From positions 42,098,001-42,162,000 of the forward strand of contig CM022665.1 in NCBI GenBank assembly GCA_012295275.1: a DNA stretch of 64,000 nt, given 5' to 3'. The translations under genes and the position numbers were made by a program. Shown here piece by piece: positions 15,004 through 29,957 of this stretch. The notes under the pieces are model-generated. The model made no database searches, was not told where the DNA came from, and was given only the letters and a program-made list of their open reading frames with translations. The first letter of the stretch is position 1; every line of letters starts with the position of its first letter. This stretch comes from Chrysomallon squamiferum (lineage: Eukaryota > Animalia > Mollusca).

Positions 15004-15059
<56 letters not shown>

Positions 15060-15947
15060 GTTGTTGTTGTTCTTGGTTTGTTTGTTTTGTTTGGGGTTCT
15101 GAATAGAAGAAAAAAAGACCAAAAATAGATGCATATACACATTTAGATGGTATTTCTTTTATATGCATAAGTACAGACCAACATCAAAAAAGGAGTGGTG
15201 AAATACTGAAGTACGGCCACAAGAAATTCATTTTATTAGTGCAAACAACTTTTAAACACCGCATATTTTTAAACGAGACACTGGAGGTACTATTTACTTT
15301 TTAACAAACGAATAATCGTTTATTATGAAACTGAGAGTAAAAAGTGTGAAATGCTAGGATCGCTGAGTGTGCAAATAACAGAGATGAATTCAGCACTGTC
15401 CTAACACGTATTTTGTTTTCTGCTTGAATGAAAACTGGAACATCCTTGCCTTTATTTATTGTCAAACATGTCCCATTCGAGCAGCATTAAAGAACATTTA
15501 TATACAAACATCTCCGTTGCTTGTATCAATGATTGAATGGCATTAGCATGATAAGTGTCGAATGAAATGTGGTCCTTGAAAAACTCTGGTGCCCTTGAAT
15601 GTCTTTTTCACACCTACCTGCTTGGTTTGCTTCCAGACCTGCATTATCATACTGTATTATAGATTAATAACCAGAACGCTAATGGATACAGAAATAAAAT
15701 AGATTCTTGGCAATGTTCATTATTGTAATGAAAGATTAATGCAAGGCGGTCCAGGTATAGTAATAAATATAGAATTAGAATATGTTTTTTGGCAGTATTT
15801 ATACACAAGTGAATACGATATTTTACGATACATGTATTTGTATGTGTGTCTGCCAACAGTAAAATCCATAAATAATTGTTTAATCATTTTTCATTTTAGT
15901 ATAAAGCAAAACCATCGCAGCATGGCGTATTATGATTATGATTATGA

Positions 15948-16002
<55 letters not shown>

Positions 16003-16238
16003 TATTATTATTACTATTCTACTGTGTTATTAATTTGACATATTTTTAACATATAATCATATACGTATGCAGAATAGAAACTACAATAGTTTACTACATG
16101 AAGATTTCACTGAAAGAATAAAATTTATCTTCGTGTATTCATTTATTACTTTCTGTTTGAACACACACACACACACACATACATACACACACATACTTCA
16201 TCCTTTACTTTCTTGTCCTTTCTTCTTTCTTTTTTGTT

Positions 16239-16272
<34 letters not shown>

Positions 16273-16794
16273 TTTATATATATATATATATATTATATAT
16301 ATATATATATATATAAAAATATTTTTTTTTTTTTTTTGAAGAGCATATTATCATACAGGTATAGGTGAGTCACAGTAAAATGGAACGAGTCACCAGGTAA
16401 GGTAAACGCAGGTCTCTTTCTTAGCCCGTCTGGCGGCCGATAGTTTGTATTCTTAGTTTGAATGGCAAGTACAAGGTGTTTTATGAATGGATCCTCGGTT
16501 AATTTATCACCTGTATGACGTCGCAGCGGGCGTCTGGCAGGTACACGACACGTAATGACGGTAGACATGTTACCAATCAGTTAACAGTCATCAATGTCAC
16601 TACGTGCTGTATAGTTCTTTTATTCTTCTTTTTTTATTTTTTTTATTATTTTATTTTATTTTTCCCAGACAATGCATGGCTTCATCATTAGTAAAACCCC
16701 ACATAGTGAATATCACAAGAAAACGAAATTGAAAAATGAAAATTGTTATACGGTGTGTCCATAGCGCTTCTAATTTCGTGATAGTAAACAGTCG

Positions 16795-16796
16795 TT

Positions 16797-16834
<38 letters not shown>

Positions 16835-17020
16835 GTAAATGTGTATGAATATATGTACGTACGTAAGTGTATATATGTATATATGTATCTGTGTATCTAT
16901 GTATGTATGTATATATGTATGTATATGTGTGTGTATGTATGTATGTGTGTATGTATGTATGTATGTATGTATGTATGTATGTATGCATGTATGTATGTAT
17001 GTATGCATGTATGTATTTAT
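16795..17020. repeat. (TATG)n/(TA)n compound microsatellite (similar tracts 17460-17850, 18335-18470, 56880-57155)
   Basis: Direct reading. Confidence 0.95.
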
Positions 17021-17204
17021 TTATTAATATTACATATAGTATAACACGTTCTAACTTTAACATATTACAAAAGTGCAGCTTCTATTTCTGTATTACATTT
17101 CTTTCCACTACAGTTTTCATTAAAAAAATTAAAAATTAAAATAAATAAATTAATTAAAAAATATAATGTTTTATATATCTTTTTTAATTAAAAAGAACAA
17201 ACAG

Positions 17205-17285
17205 TGTCATTGTTAAACATACTTATCTAACATTTACTGAAACAACGCCTTAGTGCCATACATTGGGCTACTCCTAACAATTACA
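17205..17285 (-). mobile_element. SINE 3'-region fragment, same family
   Basis: TGGGCTACTC at 17264-17273 is the reverse complement of GAGTAGCCCA at 56420. Confidence 0.35.
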
Positions 17286-18418
17286 GTGAAAATAACTGTG
17301 TAATTAAAATGATGATATCAATGTAAGTTTGAGATATGTTATTTTAAACAGTTCTTGTCGGTTACATCAATCTGGATAATACAGTAATTACATTAATAAA
17401 GAAATAGATGCAAAGAAATAACCTCGGTACGTCACTGGCATTTAAAGGTATTTTATTTTCTACTCATATATATACATACTTACACATACATAGTTACATA
17501 CAAACATACATACATAAACTTCGGAGTGCGGGCGAATGGGTGCCCTACGTTTGAGCCTCGTCAGCGGCATCTGACGGGGTTTGTGAGGTCGTGATTGGAC
17601 TTTGTCCTCCTGCGTCAGTGCGTTCCCGAATATTGTCTATGTGTAGAGTATGTACATAAGACAGAGAATATTCAAAATCATAAACTACATACATAAATAC
17701 ATACATACATATACCTAGATACATAAACATTCATACAAACACACATACAAACATAGATACATACACATTCATACAAACACACATACATACATAGATACAT
17801 ACACATTCATACAAACGTACATACAAACATAGATACATACATACATACATGCACATCGTGTGGGTGTTAATGTGGGCGCGATATAACCTATTTGTTATTC
17901 TGAAATAACTATTGGTAACACGGATTAACAAGATACAAAACCATGACAACTCTGTATCTATTCCACTGTGTAAAGTATCAAAATTTGGTTGAAATGTTTT
18001 ATTTTACTTCCACTGTCACTTATTGCTTAAACGCAAATTCAAGAAGAAATCGCGTCTTTTGACATTCATATTGAGTGCACACCTTGGCCTACTTTCCGCT
18101 ACAACTAGAGACTGATATGTGCTTTTCTATCATCAAGAGAATGCATCATTTAATATATTTTGATACTAAGTAAGGATCTGCGGAAATTCTTTTTCCTGCA
18201 GTCAGTTCATACGTGATAACCTCTTGTAATGAATTAGCAGCTGTATCTATCTACCTGTAACGAATCTACAATGATATATCTAACTGAAATGAATTAATCG
18301 TGATATCTATCTGAAAAGAATTAACAGTGACATCAGTATGTATGTACGTATGTAAGTGTATATGTGTGTATGTATGTATCTATGTGTATGTATGTATGTA
18401 TGTATCTATGTGTGTATG

Positions 18419-18451
<33 letters not shown>

Positions 18452-19384
18452 TATAATATATATATATATATGATGATAATGATGGTGGTAATTTAACAAA
18501 TGGTGGTAATTGACAAAAATATGGTACAATCTAGACAAGTGCGTTTTATTACCATCTGACTCTCAGACTAATACTATATTTCAAACACGAGTCAGCAGAC
18601 ACAAATTAAACCATTTTTCTTATCTCTATCGTAACCCAAATCTTCCCATCCCAAATGTCCCTCTGTTTAAACCAGTATTTCATTTCCAAGGAAGACACTT
18701 TTTTGACAACAATGAACAAACAAACATAAAATAATAAATAAATAAACGCAGACTGCTTTCTGTCTCGTCTGGTTCTTTCTTTTCTGTTCGTGCTCTTAAT
18801 CCGCTTTTCGTGAAAGAAACAGACGACACTGTGGTAAAAGAATTATACGTCATCGTGGGTCACGTCTGCTGACCTTTTTCGTGATGGCTACGCAATAAGA
18901 CATTTTATAAGGCAGAGAGATCAAACAGTTACCGGGGACAGTGTATCGTGTAACGTGGCTTTGTGACTGACAGAGATCAGGGTCCAGTGACAGATGTACG
19001 GAATTATACAAGTGTGGAGTCGTGTAAAGTCAAATAATCACTTACTGTTTTGTCACAGTTCTGGTGTTCTGTGTTTCTGATAACGGGTGAATGGATAAGT
19101 GATTAATTTAAAGAATGAATCAAAGAAAGAATCGTTGAATGAATGAATGAATGAATGATGAATGATGAATGAACGAATGAATGAATGAATGAACGAATTA
19201 ATGAAAGAATGAATGAACAAACGAATGAATGAAACGAATGAATGAAAGATTGAATTAAACAAATTAATGAAAGAATGAATGAACGAACGAACGAATGAAT
19301 AAAATAATGAATAAATAATGAATGGATATTTATCTACATCTTGATCACGTTACTAATAAAGATATAAGGTGTTTTTCGTTGATT

Positions 19385-19545
19385 TGAAGCAATAAATCTT
19401 CTACATGCATGTTTCCCTTAAACAGAATCGCACACACCATATCGTATGATATTTCACCAGTGGATTAAAGGCTTTAACTGGAAATAAGTCAACAGGTGCA
19501 CCCAGGAGAATTGAACCAGTGACCCATTACATTTAAAACAAGCGT
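19385..19545 (-). mobile_element. Decayed SINE copy, same family
   Basis: Minus-strand B-box GGTTCAATTCTC (19517-19506) followed by a Nin-like core; adjacent (GAAT)n tract 19135-19325 may be its tail. Confidence 0.5.
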
Positions 19546-19869
19546 TTGTTTCATTCTTTCGTTATTTTGACATTTTTAAAATTCTTTCTCTTGTTCAAGG
19601 GGGGGTTAACGTTGGTAATATTTTCACAGAACAAATTATAACGAATGCAGTTACTGCAGAACGCTACGTACTTTTATACACGGGGGCATTTGGCTTTGTT
19701 TTATTTGATTGTTATATTAAAGTGAATATCATTTGTCTGTCTGATTCGTGCAACGATTTTACTAATACGAGTTTGTCACACATACATATAATATGAATGG
19801 TATGCTTGGTGCATGTTCGTTATTTGAAACATTGTTATGATAACATTTCATTTAATTACTCACACATAC

Positions 19870-19976
<107 letters not shown>

Positions 19977-20105
19977 TGACATGCAAGAAGCATTTTCTTT
20001 TTGTCTATTTATTTGCACATATGCGAACAAATTTGATTGCAGCTACTTGTTCAGATCACTGACTTTTCTTCTTCTTTTTTTTTTTGTTTTTTTTTGTTTA
20101 GTTTT

Positions 20106-20291
20106 GTTTTGTAGTGGATCTCTCTTTTTAAAAGAAAACAAAAACCTGGAAGCATAATGCAGATAAAGAAAAAACTCTTGTAAAAAAACAATTAATGGTT
20201 TTGTAGTGGATCTCTCTTTTTAAAAGAAAACAAAAACCTGGAAGCATAATGCAGATAAAGAAAAAAAAACTCTTGTAAAACAACAATTAAT
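20106..20291. repeat. Recent direct duplication, about 92 bp x2
   Basis: GTAGTGGATCTCTCTTTTTAAAAGAAAACAAAAACCTGGAAGCATAATGCAGATAAAG at 20111 and 20203. Confidence 0.95.
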
Positions 20292-20548
20292 ATTGTTAGC
20301 CAATATTTAAATTTGGAAAGAGTTAATCTTTAGCAAGGACATCATAGTGTTTACACAGTTCTCTAAATGACAAGACGTGAGATTTCCCCGTTCTGTAACA
20401 TTCCGGCCTGGTATGAAGAAACACGACCAAATCATGTTTCGCTAAAACGACATCTTTTGTTTCTCCTTCGACCTTAGCTGGATACGTCACAACAGTCCAA
20501 TCTGCAGTCCAGACAACGATGCGTTTCGTTCGTCTCAACTTACACAAA

Positions 20549-20930
20549 TATTTAAATGTCACTTTGTCAGTTCTCTGTTCAAGTTATGCATCTTCACTGG
20601 CTGTATATGTAGATAAACAGGAACTCAAGAACCGCCGCTGTCACACTGTTTCCAAAATTGTCCAAGGCGACATCACTCTGTACTCCTCCACGTCCGTTAG
20701 TTTCGTGTTTTTGTCCGGCCTTGGCGACGTAAGGACATAGATTAACCCTTTCACCTTGGGCAGACGTTGTTATTATTATTGGCACGTGAAGCGGATCCAC
20801 ATCTATTTGTCACGGTTTCACTTCCAGTCTGCTGCGGTAGCGCTGCGGGCCTCGTTTTGGTCCAGTTTCAGTTTCTTATTATTTTTGGCCGTTTATTATT
20901 CCAACAATGCTTTCTGATTGTGACACTTAG
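20549..20930 (+). promoter_or_regulatory. Candidate papilin core promoter and non-coding first exon
   Basis: GC/CpG-rich island, TATTTAAA at 20549, TCAGTT Inr-like at 20567, donor-like TTAG|GTATAA at 20931, 5 kb upstream of the acceptor of the signal-peptide exon. Confidence 0.35.
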
Positions 20931-21015
20931 GTATAAAGAAAACGGTCCTTTCAGTGAACGAATACCTGATGTTCACGAGCTAAATTCGATGAGATTTGCT
21001 GAAAGAAAGCAATTG

Positions 21016-21046
<31 letters not shown>

Positions 21047-21577
21047 ATAAAAGAATAATAATTGCAATTATCTTGTTGTGATTACAGATAATCACAGAGG
21101 ACCATTTTTTTTTTTTTTTTTTTTTCTTGTTTTGTATTTCCCTGTATTAAAGTGTACGACATTCCCGAACACCCAACATTACTGCCAGAAGCCAGACAAG
21201 ACTGATGTATTTTAAAAGACTAATTACCTGTGGGACACCAAAGTTATCTCGTCTGATTCAAGTTCAGTGTAATGATACACAGTTGTGTTAACTGGATGCT
21301 GAAAGGTCTGAATGCATCCTGTGACTAGCACATACACAAATGTCAGACAAGACAAAGTATGCATATTTCAGATGTATTCAGATATCTCGAAACAAAACAC
21401 ATACACACAAAAAAAAAAAAATAATAATAATAAATGGGAAGAACGAGAGAGAATTGCTGTGTGTGTTTGAGAGACAAACAGATAGAGAGACAGAAAGACA
21501 GTTAAGATATAGAGATATACAGGAACATAGAACGAGAGAAAGAGAAAAAAGAAAAGGAGGCAGGGAGAGCCGGAGAG

Positions 21578-21671
<94 letters not shown>

Positions 21672-21791
21672 TAATAAGGTTAACATTTTAGTAGCCTGTT
21701 AATAACATACATTGAAGCAGAAGATGAAAGAGTAATAGAGAGACAGAGATAATGAGAGAGTACAAAAGAGTGATAGAGAGAGAGGAGTGCA

Positions 21792-21843
<52 letters not shown>

Positions 21844-22916
21844 GTGTACTTTTTAAGTGTGTGTGTGTCAGAGGTCAGTAAAAAAAAAAAAAAATGTACC
21901 TGTCTCTTTGTGCGCCTTTTAAGTTAAGAACTTAAGTGAATCTCAAGCGTAGAAATATTCTATTGCCTGGAATACAAAGATAATTGTAATGACTAAACGT
22001 AAGTAATATGAGTACAAGACTGGAAGTTTGTACCTCGTGTGACCCTCTCTACACGTTAAAATGCTGCGTACTTTTCTGCTTTTATATCCTTGTGTGTCTG
22101 TGTTCGAGCGTGCGTGCAGGCATTAATAATATTATAATTGCTGTCTGTGTGCATTTGCTATCTAATTTCAAGTCGAGACCGACGCGTGGGTGTCTCTTTA
22201 TGTCACAGTGTGTGCGTGTGTGTGTGTGTCACACATGCATTCAAGCATGCGCGTTCATAATTTACATGTTAACGGCAGAAATGCTGACGCTGTGTTTGCA
22301 TGTGCCATGTAATTTCAGACACGGTGCTATGCTTGGGTGTCTGTCTCCATATTGTAGAGGTTTGTTGGCATGTTATACATGAATTCGAGCATACACACAT
22401 CGATAGTATTTGTGCATCTACTTGTTAATTAATAACTGGAAATTCATCAGCGCGTGTAATCATAATTACGTGCCGATTTAACATCGTGACAGCCTGACTT
22501 GGTTTGTTATGTGCGCCAAACCGAATCACGTAATATGTAAAATTAATGAATCTTCGCTCCGCGGTCGACTGTTTGATGTTTATCATGTGTGTGACACGAG
22601 ATGTCGACTTTGGAGCTGGCTGTCTGTCGCCTCGTGTTACACGCTCGCTGTATGTCCTGGTATCAGATAAACTTCCAGTTTTAGTTTATCTGCATTCTTG
22701 TTTCGACCTTGTTCGTCAACTTCTTTTTTTTTTTTTTTTTAATCCTCACTCTTTTTCTGTCTTTCCTTTTTGTTTCTCTTCTTTCTTCTTTTCTCTCTGC
22801 CTCTTTCTGTCTCGTTCTTTCTCTTTCATTATTTTTATTTCTTTCTCACGCTCTATCTGTCTCTCTTTCTTGCTCTTTCTCTCCTTTCTCTGTCTTTCTT
22901 CTGTCTCTCTATACTT

Positions 22917-22971
<55 letters not shown>

Positions 22972-23008
22972 CCCCCACCTCTCTCTCTCTCGTTTATTTC
23001 TCTCTCAT

Positions 23009-23054
<46 letters not shown>

Positions 23055-24132
23055 ATCCTCTTCCTGGTTGTTTTGACTCTCAGAACTCTATTAAATCAAA
23101 TACTGTTGCAACATAAGGATCCAACAGATAAAAATGCACCACGAATACGATTCAAATCACCTCATATAGTACAACAGCATATATCTTATCATGGCATTTG
23201 TTCCGTAAAATATTACCTTCCTTGACCCCTATCGTATCGAAAGTATGCTGCTTGGCTCTGAAAAATCTTAAGATTACGTATGTCTGGTATTAAGAAAAGT
23301 TCTGCGTGACTGTTCATACGAAACTTACGGAAAAAAACCCGGCTTGCTCTTCGTTCGTGCTGTTGTGGCTCTATGCATGCTAAATAAATATATATATATA
23401 TATTTCTTTTAATAGAAGCTCTCACTGATAATAACACCGACTCTGATTATTTGTACTGAAATAAAGCATCCAACATGCAATAGCATTGTGATCAAGTGAA
23501 CAGGAACAACCCAGCGGCGAACAGTGGAAAGTATTTAAAAGTATGCCAAGATAAATTCTACGAAAAATCAAAACTTCGCATTCACCACCTGTCATGGAGA
23601 GGAATATATATTACTGCTTGGAAGCTTGACGGAGTTTTAACACATCAGCATTCATCTTATCTATAACCTTATACAGCGTTGACGTTGCACACTTAATAAT
23701 CACTTATGGAATTAACACGGCCGTCACGACGTTTGACGGGGACGTTAGATCTTGTTGACGTCGCACGACGTATCGTATGATGAATTTCGAACCAAATTAA
23801 AAGCCTCGGCTCCTGCCAGACCATTGCGACTTCTCGAACGGGTACGGAGTTTTATACGGTAATATGATTTTTATTTTACGACTCTAACGTCACACTGTTG
23901 TAATTTAAGAACAGTTGTGAACGAAGTAAGTCAGTTATGACTCGGTTGCGTAAGATCATTTTGAATACTGTGACTAACCCAATAAAATCTAATACTGTGT
24001 TATGCGTTAGGTGAATTTTAACTGGCGTACCCGCGAACTCTGGTGCATTGCTTAGCAGCTACAGTACATTAATATCGGCGATAAACCTTTAAATGAACTT
24101 TCATAGAAAAATAAGTCACTTGTAATAAAAAG

Positions 24133-24222
24133 AAACATGGCCGCGGAAGGAACAGTCACGTGACACTGTTTGAAATGGTCCGAAAAGATTGATGCCGCAG
24201 TCATGTGAAACTGTTTGAAATG
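24133..24222. promoter_or_regulatory. Cluster of YY1-like, ETS-like and duplicated CLEAR/M-box sites
   Basis: AACATGGCCGCGGAAG followed by a 25-bp direct repeat CAGTCACGTGACACTGTTTGAAATG (24153) / CAGTCATGTGAAACTGTTTGAAATG (24198). Confidence 0.4.
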
Positions 24223-24389
24223 AAGAAAAAAAACTGCGGTAAATTTTTGATAAATGGAATTTATTATTCTAAAAACTAAGACAAACTCATTTTAATGATA
24301 GATCGCTGCAGATCAGGTATTTATAAAGATACTATTATTTAAAAATAATATACTGTTTTCTTTTCTTTGTTTCTTCTTCTTCTTCTTCT

Positions 24390-24457
<68 letters not shown>

Positions 24458-24814
24458 ATCTATCTATCTATTTCTTTTCAGACGATGTCATTAAAGGAAT
24501 CGGGTATCTATTATTGTATTATAATTATGAATGAATGACTATTTAAATAACGATAATAACATACCGACACATTCTAATATGAATATTAGATAATAATTAA
24601 TTACCAGCCTTTGGTTTTCGTACGCGCTGTTCTTACGTTTTAATCAGTTAGATTATATTTTTTACATGGATCTTCTCAAGGTCAGGACCGCACATACCAC
24701 AAAGTTTCTGAATAACAAGACATTGATTTCTGGTTGAAATAGTGGATAATCCATTCAAGACTGATTTTACATCCCTTTCTTAGCAATAATAGGCTAGACT
24801 GCTCCCTCCTCCCT

Positions 24815-25017
<203 letters not shown>

Positions 25018-25869
25018 TATAGATATGGATATTTTGTTTATAAAATCCAAATTTTCTGTCGTTGTTTTGTCTTGTTGAATATTTATAGAATTACGAAGAA
25101 TATGTTACTAAAATGTGCACTATCTGCAAACAGTTAAAAAAAAAAAAACAATAAAAAAACCTCAAAGACTGGGTTATTAAGTAGAACAGGAAATAATCCA
25201 TTAGACGACAAGAGATTAGTCATCTATGTACAAAAAAGATTGATATATTCGGACGTTTTCTTTTTCTTTTTCTTTATTTTTTTTTTTTTTTTTTTTTTTT
25301 CTTGCTGGGGTATCGCGACTCCCGCTGTCAAAGCTATTCACCCTCAGTTATTGTCTGGGACCATCAAGTGTAAAGTATTTAAAGCATTTAACATTTCATT
25401 ATGAATGATTAAAACAGCTTTTGATTACCTTCATGTTCTTCATGACTGTCATTACCATCATCATTATTGTCGTCATCATCATCATTATTATTACCACCAT
25501 GTTATCAAAATCATCAATACAGACTAGTCTGGTAGCTGGAGTCTTTCATATTGGGATATGTTCGTGGTAAGAGTTTTCCTGTCCAAAATGCTAATCGGTA
25601 CGAATAGTTCATAGCTGTTTGCCTCGTAATAACTAACACTGTCATTATACAATACATGTTTGACTGAGATTTCAATAACCGTTAATAAAAATGATATTAA
25701 GATAAGATTTAACTAATAATCTTCGTTATCGTCATGATTGTTGTTGCTGTTTGTTGTTGTCATTGTTCTTTTTCTTATTATCTTCATCATTTTTGTTGTT
25801 GCTGCTACTGCTGTTACTACTGACTGTACTACTACTACTACTACTCTACTAGTTTTACTAGTTTTACTA

Positions 25870-25890
25870 TTAATTATTATTATTATTGTC

Positions 25891-25989
<99 letters not shown>
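25870..25989. repeat. (TTA)n microsatellite abutting the acceptor of the signal-peptide exon (others at about 8591, 14960, 15950, 34620, 53810, 59768)
   Basis: Direct reading. Confidence 0.97.
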
Positions 25990-26123
25990 GCAGGCACCAC
26001 GACGTATTTGGCGGATTACTACAAAGTGCTTGCTTGTTAAAGAAACAACACAATCAGAGATGAGATTTTTCAGTGTTTAGCAGACAGATATTTTGTGAAC
26101 CAAACGATATATTCGTCTTCCTA

Positions 26124-26171
26124 ATGGATTACCTGCCCCTGCTATTGCTGCTGGCAAGCACGGAAGTATTC
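26124..26171 (+). CDS. PAPLN: Papilin first coding exon: signal peptide [16 protein letters not shown] (exon probably starts at 25994 with 5'UTR)
   Basis: ATG at 26124, Leu-rich core, perfect donor C|GTAAGT at 26172. Phase 0 matches the TSP1 exon and gives a V-F-G cleavage site before EDGHW. Upstream acceptor ttgcag| at 25993. Confidence 0.75.
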
Positions 26172-26834
26172 GTAAGTGTAACATAGAGTCGATTATGAAG
26201 TGCTTTAATTTTTAATTTTATTTATTTATTTATTTGTTTATTTTTTATGCGTCTACGTATGTCTACAAATACTTATTCCTTATAATGTTTGCTAAGTAGA
26301 CAACTAAACCAAAGTTTATCTTACCAAAGCTATTTACTTAATTATCAATAATGTTATAAATTACAATAATATGACAAAACTGAGATCCAGCTGGGCCTCA
26401 AGACTCGCCTAGCCTGGCAAAGGTGACTGTGGTGGATATACTTAGAAAATGTTATCGTTTTAGTTTGACAATATTATTTTTCTTTCTTTCTTTTTAAAAA
26501 AATTTTTTAAAAAAATAAAATAAGTTTTGTTCTTGTTTTTGTCGTATTTTCGAATAACAGTAAAATTTAAATAGAAAAAAAAAAAAAAAAAAACTTTGTA
26601 TAAGATTTGGTTTATAAAGTTCATAAGTGTCAGGAGACCTGAGTTTCCAGGTAGGAAGTAAATAAGCATGAGAGGCAATAAACATACAATTTATGTGCTT
26701 TGAAATTGTAAAATGTTCTGATATGAACAATCCCAATAAATCAACAGATTTTGTGTGTATGTATATATGTATGTGTGGTTATTATTTTCTGTGTTTGTTT
26801 GTTTTTTATATTTTTATTTAGTGTTTTTCGCCTT

Positions 26835-26870
<36 letters not shown>

Positions 26871-29274
26871 TTGTTGTTTACCTTCAGTACCACTCTTGCT
26901 ATACTCAGTATTATTCATTTATTTTTTATTACTTTTGTCTGATTTACAAGACTGTTTATTTTATGTCGGAGTCTGTATATCATGACGTAAATAAATTTTC
27001 TTGTGAGATATTTGTTTGCAGACCACCTTTGTGTGTACTATGAACATGAGATTGGTGCAAAACAACCCAACAACTTTTCTATGTAATACTTCAAGAAAAA
27101 AGAAATAACAATAAGCGTTTTCTTTGTCAGTGTCTGTTATAATACAACATATAAACTTCTGTACGTAATACTTCAAGAAATAATAACAATATCCGTTTTC
27201 TTTGTCAGTAACTGTCATTATACAACAAAACCATACATTGTACATTCCCACAATACACCTCTTTCACAAAACTAAGGTTGTGTTGTTGTTTCTGTTTTTT
27301 CTGTGTGTTTTTTTTTTTTTTTTTTTTTTTTCGTTGTTGTTGTTGTTTTGTTTGTTTTTTTTTTTTTTTTTTTTAAATTTAATTTAATTTACTTTTTAAT
27401 TTTATAACGAAAAGATATTTCATCTGGCCTTTTCCAATATCCTATATATCTATCTTTGAAAACATGAATACTTTGAAGTTTCTAAAACTATCATGTAAAA
27501 AGTATAATGACAAGGTCAAAAAATATAATCTGTTCAGTAGATTATTACTGACGTAATGCTGCTCATTTGTTGTGCCTATCACGGTCAATTATGTTCCACA
27601 TTTGGGTGATTGTCCTCATCTGTGTCATTTACGTTTCAAAAAAAAAAATTAAAAAATCAAAAAATTAAAAAATCAACAACATAAAGATAAAAAGGAAATG
27701 ATTTAATCCATGTAATGACATTTATTTTTTGAAACCATATCGTTTTGCCCTAAATGAAAAGTCAGCCTGACCTTAGTAACGTCTGGCACAGATAAATAAT
27801 TACGATGTGCATTCTGTGTGTGCGTCATGTCTCTGCCTACGTAGACAAATTGAGCTGTTGCAGATAAACTGTTCTGCAAACAGGACGAACAAGAGAAAAA
27901 CGTGTCGACTGAAAACGCCTGCTGGTCAACAGGTACGGCTTCAAAGTATATGACGTCACTTAGTCAGTTAGTTTACCGCATCAGTATCGCATTCCGTTTG
28001 ACCAGTTTTTCCTTGCATAGCGCAGTAAGCTTCACTGGTGACTTGGAGATGTAGTTTCTACACACGATTTCACATCTGAGAGATTTCGTGTGTTAGGATA
28101 CTCGTATGACAAGAAAGGTTTTAGTTTCACTGGCAAAAAAATGTTATTGATACAGTCCTGGTAGTTATTATTATTACCATCATCATAATCATCATTTATA
28201 TTATATCATCATCATCATCATTATTATTATTAATGTCATAGTTATCTTCCTTATCATCATTATTTTACCATTATCATTGAATCATAATCAAAATTATCAT
28301 CATCATCATAATCAACATCATCATCATCACTATCATCCACCACCATTATTATTATTATTATTATTATTATTTTTACTTCGATGAACCCGATTTATATGTC
28401 AGTGATAAAGGATCTGATTAGGGTTTCGAACGATGAAAACATCTCCAAAGATTAATTTCTTGAAAAGTAAGGGATGCAGCTAGATTTAAAAAATTGATGA
28501 CTCACAGTCAGATCATGAAAGACTAAGATCAAATAATATTAACTTTATTACATTCTTTGTCCATGCTGTGTAAACTGAAACCATACATACGTGAAAAAGA
28601 GAAATACCAAGATGGCACATATTATACCATGCGCAAGCTTGGAATGTCAGATACGTCATCTAGATATGTATAATACTAAGTTTCACAGTTATTAATAATA
28701 AAAAATAAAAATAAAATAGTTGTCTGATAAAGAAAAATCTTATTCTTTCTTTTCACCCATTCTATTGAAGATCTACATCTCCCTTTCTTTTCTTTTTTGT
28801 TATTTTTTTTGACGAGATTACAGTACTTATGCCTATGTAATAAACCAGCTCCAAATGTTAACTCAGTCACCAGTTAATTTAACGGCATGCTTATTATTTA
28901 TTGAATGTTAAACTTGGTTTATGGCTGAGCTTAATCATACAAACGTATTAAATAGGAAAGGTCAGAAATGTTGACGTTTTTAATGAACTTGCAGATTTAT
29001 TTCTGTGTGACTGAGTTAGATCGTAAACGTATTTGAATACTTTTTGATCGAACAGATAAAGTATTTGATACAGAAACAGAATAATAACCCAGTGACAAAG
29101 CACAGTGTGACGCATTAATGTAACCAGCCGTTTGACGAAAACAAAGAAGTATAACGACGAGTAATTAGCAGCAGACTGCAGTTGATGTAAAATTAGATTT
29201 TTCAGTGTTGTTTTCTTATTTATTTTCTCTTTTATTGTTGTTGTTGTTGCTGTTATCGACAATGGTGCGTGTGA

Positions 29275-29329
<55 letters not shown>

Positions 29330-29914
29330 CCGACAGAAGAACAAAAAAAGCAAAAAAAGGTTCACGTACTGGATCTTTAATAACAATAAAGGTCAGTACG
29401 TTTGGGTGCATTATCCACGTGTGAATGGTGCGTGTGATATGCAGTGACCTGCGCACCTGTTACCACCATGGTCTGATGACACCAGACTGAGAGGTATGTC
29501 TCGGGTCAGAGGTGTGTCGTCGCTCACACACAAAACGCTGCAGACGAGTTTTAGCTGCGTTAGCACAGACGTCGTCGACTATTTATAAACAGTTTTTAAT
29601 TAAATGTGTGTATCTGTCAACTCAGGGCAGGATGGTATCACACACTGCACACTGATAGGAGTGGCGTTAACGATGGTATCAGTTAACCACAGAACAGTGA
29701 AATCGTTGTTGCCGGCTAATAATAAATTTTCTGTTCAAGTTTTTTTTTTTAGCTTCTCCGTTCTTCCATTGTTTTGTTGGGATTTTTAATCTTTTTTTTT
29801 TTTTTTTTTTTTTTTTCTTTTTTGCAGCATCATTTGCTTCCTTTATTTATAATAATAATATAATTTTTTTTTTTCTATCTTTTTTCTTCTTTTTCTTCTT
29901 TTTTAATTTGGTTT

Positions 29915-29957
<43 letters not shown>

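Noticed and set aside
16380-16396. aaaATGGAACGAGTCACCAG|GTAAGG as a first coding exon (MERVTR)
   Set aside because: Good signals, but phase 2 cannot be joined in frame to the papilin exons found.
17520-17630. GC island as a U1/U11 snRNA copy, HDV-like or hammerhead ribozyme
   Set aside because: Only short words match from memory (ATCACGA, CGAGGCT, GCACTCCG, CTGACGA on minus; GGCGAATGGG on plus). Spacing is wrong, and there is no 5' ACTTACCTG, Sm site, stem II-GAAA or HDV P1-P3.
22061-22120. MLRTFLL/YILVCLCSSVRAG as the papilin signal peptide
   Set aside because: Needs a 1-nt frameshift and has no usable GT donor; the 26124 exon fits without changes.
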